A DNA stretch of 64,000 nucleotides from Actinomycetota bacterium (GTDB lineage Bacteria; Actinomycetota; UBA4738; HRBIN12). Shown here piece by piece: positions 61,794 through 64,000 of the stretch. Location: assembly GCA_036281075.1 (NCBI GenBank), contig DASUPO010000006.1, forward strand, positions 9,350-73,349, read 5' to 3'. The notes under the pieces were generated by a model. That model was not told where the DNA came from. It ran no database searches and was given only the letters and a program-made list of their open reading frames with translations. Each line of letters starts with the position of its first letter. Positions within the stretch are counted from its first letter, which is position 1. The translations under genes and the position numbers were made by a program.

Positions 61794-63463
61794 CGACCGC
61801 CCGCACAGCTGACCAGTGGTGGAAGAACGCCGTGATCTACTGCCTCGACGTCGAGACGTTCCTGGACTGGGACGGCGACGGGATCGGCGACCTCCGCGGG
61901 CTCACCGAGCGGGTCGACTACCTTGCCGGGATCGGCGTCAGCTGCCTTTGGCTGATGCCGTTCCAACCCTCGCCCAACCGCGACGACGGCTACGACATCA
62001 CCGACTACTACGGCGTCGACGAAAGGCTCGGCTCCCTCGGCGACTTCGTCGGGCTGATCCGCACCGCCAAGGACCGCGGGATGCGCGTGATCATCGACCT
62101 CGTCGTGAACCACACCTCGGACAAGCACCCGTGGTTCCGCGCCGCGCGGTCGTCGCCGAACTCGCCGTTCCGCGACTACTACGTCTGGGCGGACGAGCCG
62201 CCGGCCGAGCCGAAGAGCGAGGTCGTGTTCCCTGACGCCGAGGACACGATCTGGGCTTGGGACGAGAAGGCGGGACAGTACTACCTCCACCACTTCTATT
62301 CGCACCAGCCCGACCTGAACATCTCGAATCCGAAGGTGCGTGAGGAGATGGCCAAGATCGTCGGCTTCTGGCTCGAGCTCGGGGTGGACGGCTTCCGGGT
62401 CGACGCCGTCCCCTTCCTCCTGGAAACGGGCGGGGTCGCGGGAGACGTGAAGCTGGATCCGCACGACTTCCTGCGCGACCTGCGGGCGTTCATGGCCAGA
62501 CGCCGAGGCGACGTGATGATGCTGGGCGAGGTGAACCTGCCGCACAAGGACCTCCAGCTCTTCTTCGGCGGGCCGGACGGCGACGAGGTGCAGCTGCTGT
62601 TCAACTTCATCCTGATGCAGTCGATCTACCTCGCGCTCGCGAGGCAGGATGCGCGGCCGATCGCGAAGGCGCTCCGCGACACGGTCCGCAAGACCGACGA
62701 TCAGCAGTACGCGAACTTCCTCCGCAACCACGACGAGCTGACGCTCGACAAGTTGACCGACAAGCAGCGCCAGGAGGTCTTCGACGCGTTCGGCCCGGAG
62801 GAGGACATGCAGCTCTTCGGGCGCGGGCTCCGACGGCGTCTCCCCCCGATGCTCGACGGGGATGAGGCGCGGATCCGCATGGCCTACAGCCTGCTGTTCT
62901 CCCTGCCCGGCACGCCGGTCCTCTTCTACGGCGAGGAGATCGGCATGGGTGAGAACCTCGCGATCGACGGACGATTGAGCGTCCGGACGCCGATGCAGTG
63001 GTCCGACGAGAAGAACGGCGGGTTCTCGAAGGCCCCCCCGTCGCGGCTGCGCCGACCGGTGGCCGAGGGTCGGTTCGGACCGCTGGCCGTGAACGCCGCC
63101 GCGCAGCGGCGCGACCCCGACTCGATGCTGAGCTGGATGGAGCGGTTGATCAGGAGACGTCGGGAGACGCCGGAGCTCTCGTGGGGGACGTGGCAGGTGC
63201 TCGGGACCGACGTCCCCGCCGTGCTCGCGCACCGGTGCGACTGGGAGGGCCGGACGGTCGTCGCCGTCCACAACCTGGGCGCCGACCCGTGCGTCGTGCA
63301 CGTGGAGCTGGGCGACGTCCCGGAGGACGCGACGCTCGACGACCTCCTCGACGAGCGCCCGGCCCTCGACGAGCTCGAGGGCGCGTCGATCGAGCTGAAG
63401 TTCGACGGGTACGGCTACCGCTGGTTCCGGATCGGCGCGCCGGACCAGATGACGCCGCCGTAG
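61790..63463 (+). CDS. GH13 alpha-amylase-family enzyme, trehalose-synthase (TreS)-like
   Basis: WWKNAVIY...DGDGIGDLRGLTERVDYL...PSPNRDDGYDITDY...DLVVNHTSDKHPWF...GVDGFRVDAVPFL...FLRNHDELTL...YGEEIGMGEN. GTG overlaps the LLM stop (GTGA). Confidence 0.8.
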   Translation: MTTARTADQWWKNAVIYCLDVETFLDWDGDGIGDLRGLTERVDYLAGIGVSCLWLMPFQPSPNRDDGYDITDYYGVDERLGSLGDFVGLIRTAKDRGMRVIIDLVVNHTSDKHPWFRAARSSPNSPFRDYYVWADEPPAEPKSEVVFPDAEDTIWAWDEKAGQYYLHHFYSHQPDLNISNPKVREEMAKIVGFWLELGVDGFRVDAVPFLLETGGVAGDVKLDPHDFLRDLRAFMARRRGDVMMLGEVNLPHKDLQLFFGGPDGDEVQLLFNFILMQSIYLALARQDARPIAKALRDTVRKTDDQQYANFLRNHDELTLDKLTDKQRQEVFDAFGPEEDMQLFGRGLRRRLPPMLDGDEARIRMAYSLLFSLPGTPVLFYGEEIGMGENLAIDGRLSVRTPMQWSDEKNGGFSKAPPSRLRRPVAEGRFGPLAVNAAAQRRDPDSMLSWMERLIRRRRETPELSWGTWQVLGTDVPAVLAHRCDWEGRTVVAVHNLGADPCVVHVELGDVPEDATLDDLLDERPALDELEGASIELKFDGYGYRWFRIGAPDQMTPP

Positions 63464-63582
63464 CGATCGGAACGTCGGCGGATGCCGGGCCGGAGCTGGA
63501 GGTCCCGCGAACCCGAACCGCCCAGCCGTCTGCGCGCCGCCCGGGCCACACTCCGGCGACGGACGACGCCTGCCGCCATGGC

Positions 63583-64000
63583 TCATCCGGCGTCAGGCTC
63601 GAGCCGATCCCCGAGGTAGAGCCACACCTCGTCGTTCGTGTCGTCCACGTCGACGCCCAACACCTCGAAGCCGACGGGGAACCGTTCGACCTGGAGCGTC
63701 GAGGCGTCGACGCGGTAGAGCGCGCCTTCGGCGTCTCCGACCCAGACGGCATCCCGGCCGACCGCCATCCCGGTCGGATCGTCGCCGACCCTCGCGGTCT
63801 GGCTCACCGACCGGTTCAGGGCGTTCATACGCGTCACGACGCCGACGATCCGGTCGAGGATCCACACGTGATCGCCTCGGGCGGCGAGCCGATCGATGTT
63901 CCCGGCGATCTCGATGGGCCGCCCCCTCACATCGAACGAGCTCGGGTCGAGCTCGATCAGCTCGGAGGCGAGGGCGTCCGACGCCCACAGGGCGTCCCTC
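63583..64000 (-). CDS. Beta-propeller repeat protein (YVTN/NHL-like), C-terminal part. The gene continues past the window end.
   Basis: Repeating ...HVWILD...VTRMN / ...AVWVGD...LYRVD / ...EVWLYLGD blocks. My translation upstream of the track start stays open to position 64000 (..RDALWASDALASELIELDPSSFDV..). Confidence 0.6.
   Translation of the reverse strand, partial: RDALWASDALASELIELDPSSFDVRGRPIEIAGNIDRLAARGDHVWILDRIVGVVTRMNALNRSVSQTARVGDDPTGMAVGRDAVWVGDAEGALYRVDASTLQVERFPVGFEVLGVDVDDTNDEVWLYLGDRLEPDAG

Noticed and set aside
1-64000. Search for tRNA, rRNA, CRISPR arrays, IS elements, integrases, phage or defence genes.
   Set aside because: Intergenic spaces are almost all under 190 nt and hold promoters and hairpins only. 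I found no cloverleaf-like sequences, no regularly spaced repeats, and no transposase, integrase or restriction-type motifs in any frame inspected by eye.

Overview
High-GC (about 70% by eye, not computed), densely coding chromosomal segment. The style is actinobacterial (Rubrobacter/Thermoleophilia-like): GGAGG ribosome-binding sites, many GTG/TTG starts, and many 4-nt ATGA/GTGA gene overlaps. The taxon is inference only.

I support about 69 protein genes. I could not recognise any rRNA, tRNA, CRISPR array, transposase or integrase.

The first ~46 kb is a catabolic/transport island built around four paralogous NitT/TauT-type ABC importer cassettes. Each has the same order: lipoprotein binding protein, two different permeases, one ATPase.
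- Cassette A: 9329->5651 (-)
- Cassette B: 15792->12178 (-)
- Cassette C: 25350->28946 (+)
- Cassette D: 32054->35646 (+)

The cassettes are interleaved with these gene types:
- three ACMSD-type amidohydrolase_2 enzymes and Dabb-barrel proteins
- two M24 creatinase-like hydrolases and a ureohydrolase
- two cyclases, two 2-hydroxyacid dehydrogenases and several cupins
- ALDH, FAH, CMD, a PhtD-like protein, an FAD monooxygenase, a dihydroorotase-like amidohydrolase and RidA
- two GntR/FCD regulators

The last ~18 kb holds housekeeping and envelope-type genes:
- GT4, a methyltransferase, a JmjC/cupin-4 oxygenase and a GH25 muramidase
- a histone-H1-like basic protein, a sensor kinase, an LLM oxidoreductase and a TreS-like GH13 enzyme

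Most notable observations:
1. A peroxiredoxin has its peroxidatic Cys codon replaced by an in-frame TGA, followed by a SECIS-like hairpin. It is a candidate selenoprotein and is translationally coupled into a catabolic operon.
2. The quadruplicated two-permease transporter architecture has recurrent accessory modules, such as the Dabb + amidohydrolase_2 pair.
3. Sharply AT-rich promoter/operator islands sit in the GC-rich background. They share a TGGAC(A)-N17/18-TA(G/T)AGT-GC architecture. An identical 13-mer, CATTATATATAGT, lies in front of cassettes C and D.
4. A GH25 muramidase is interrupted by a single in-frame TAG, and another gene carries an apparent frameshift.
5. A tiny acidic repeat protein is translationally coupled to a JmjC-type oxygenase.

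All functional calls rest on motif recognition by eye. No database search was run.
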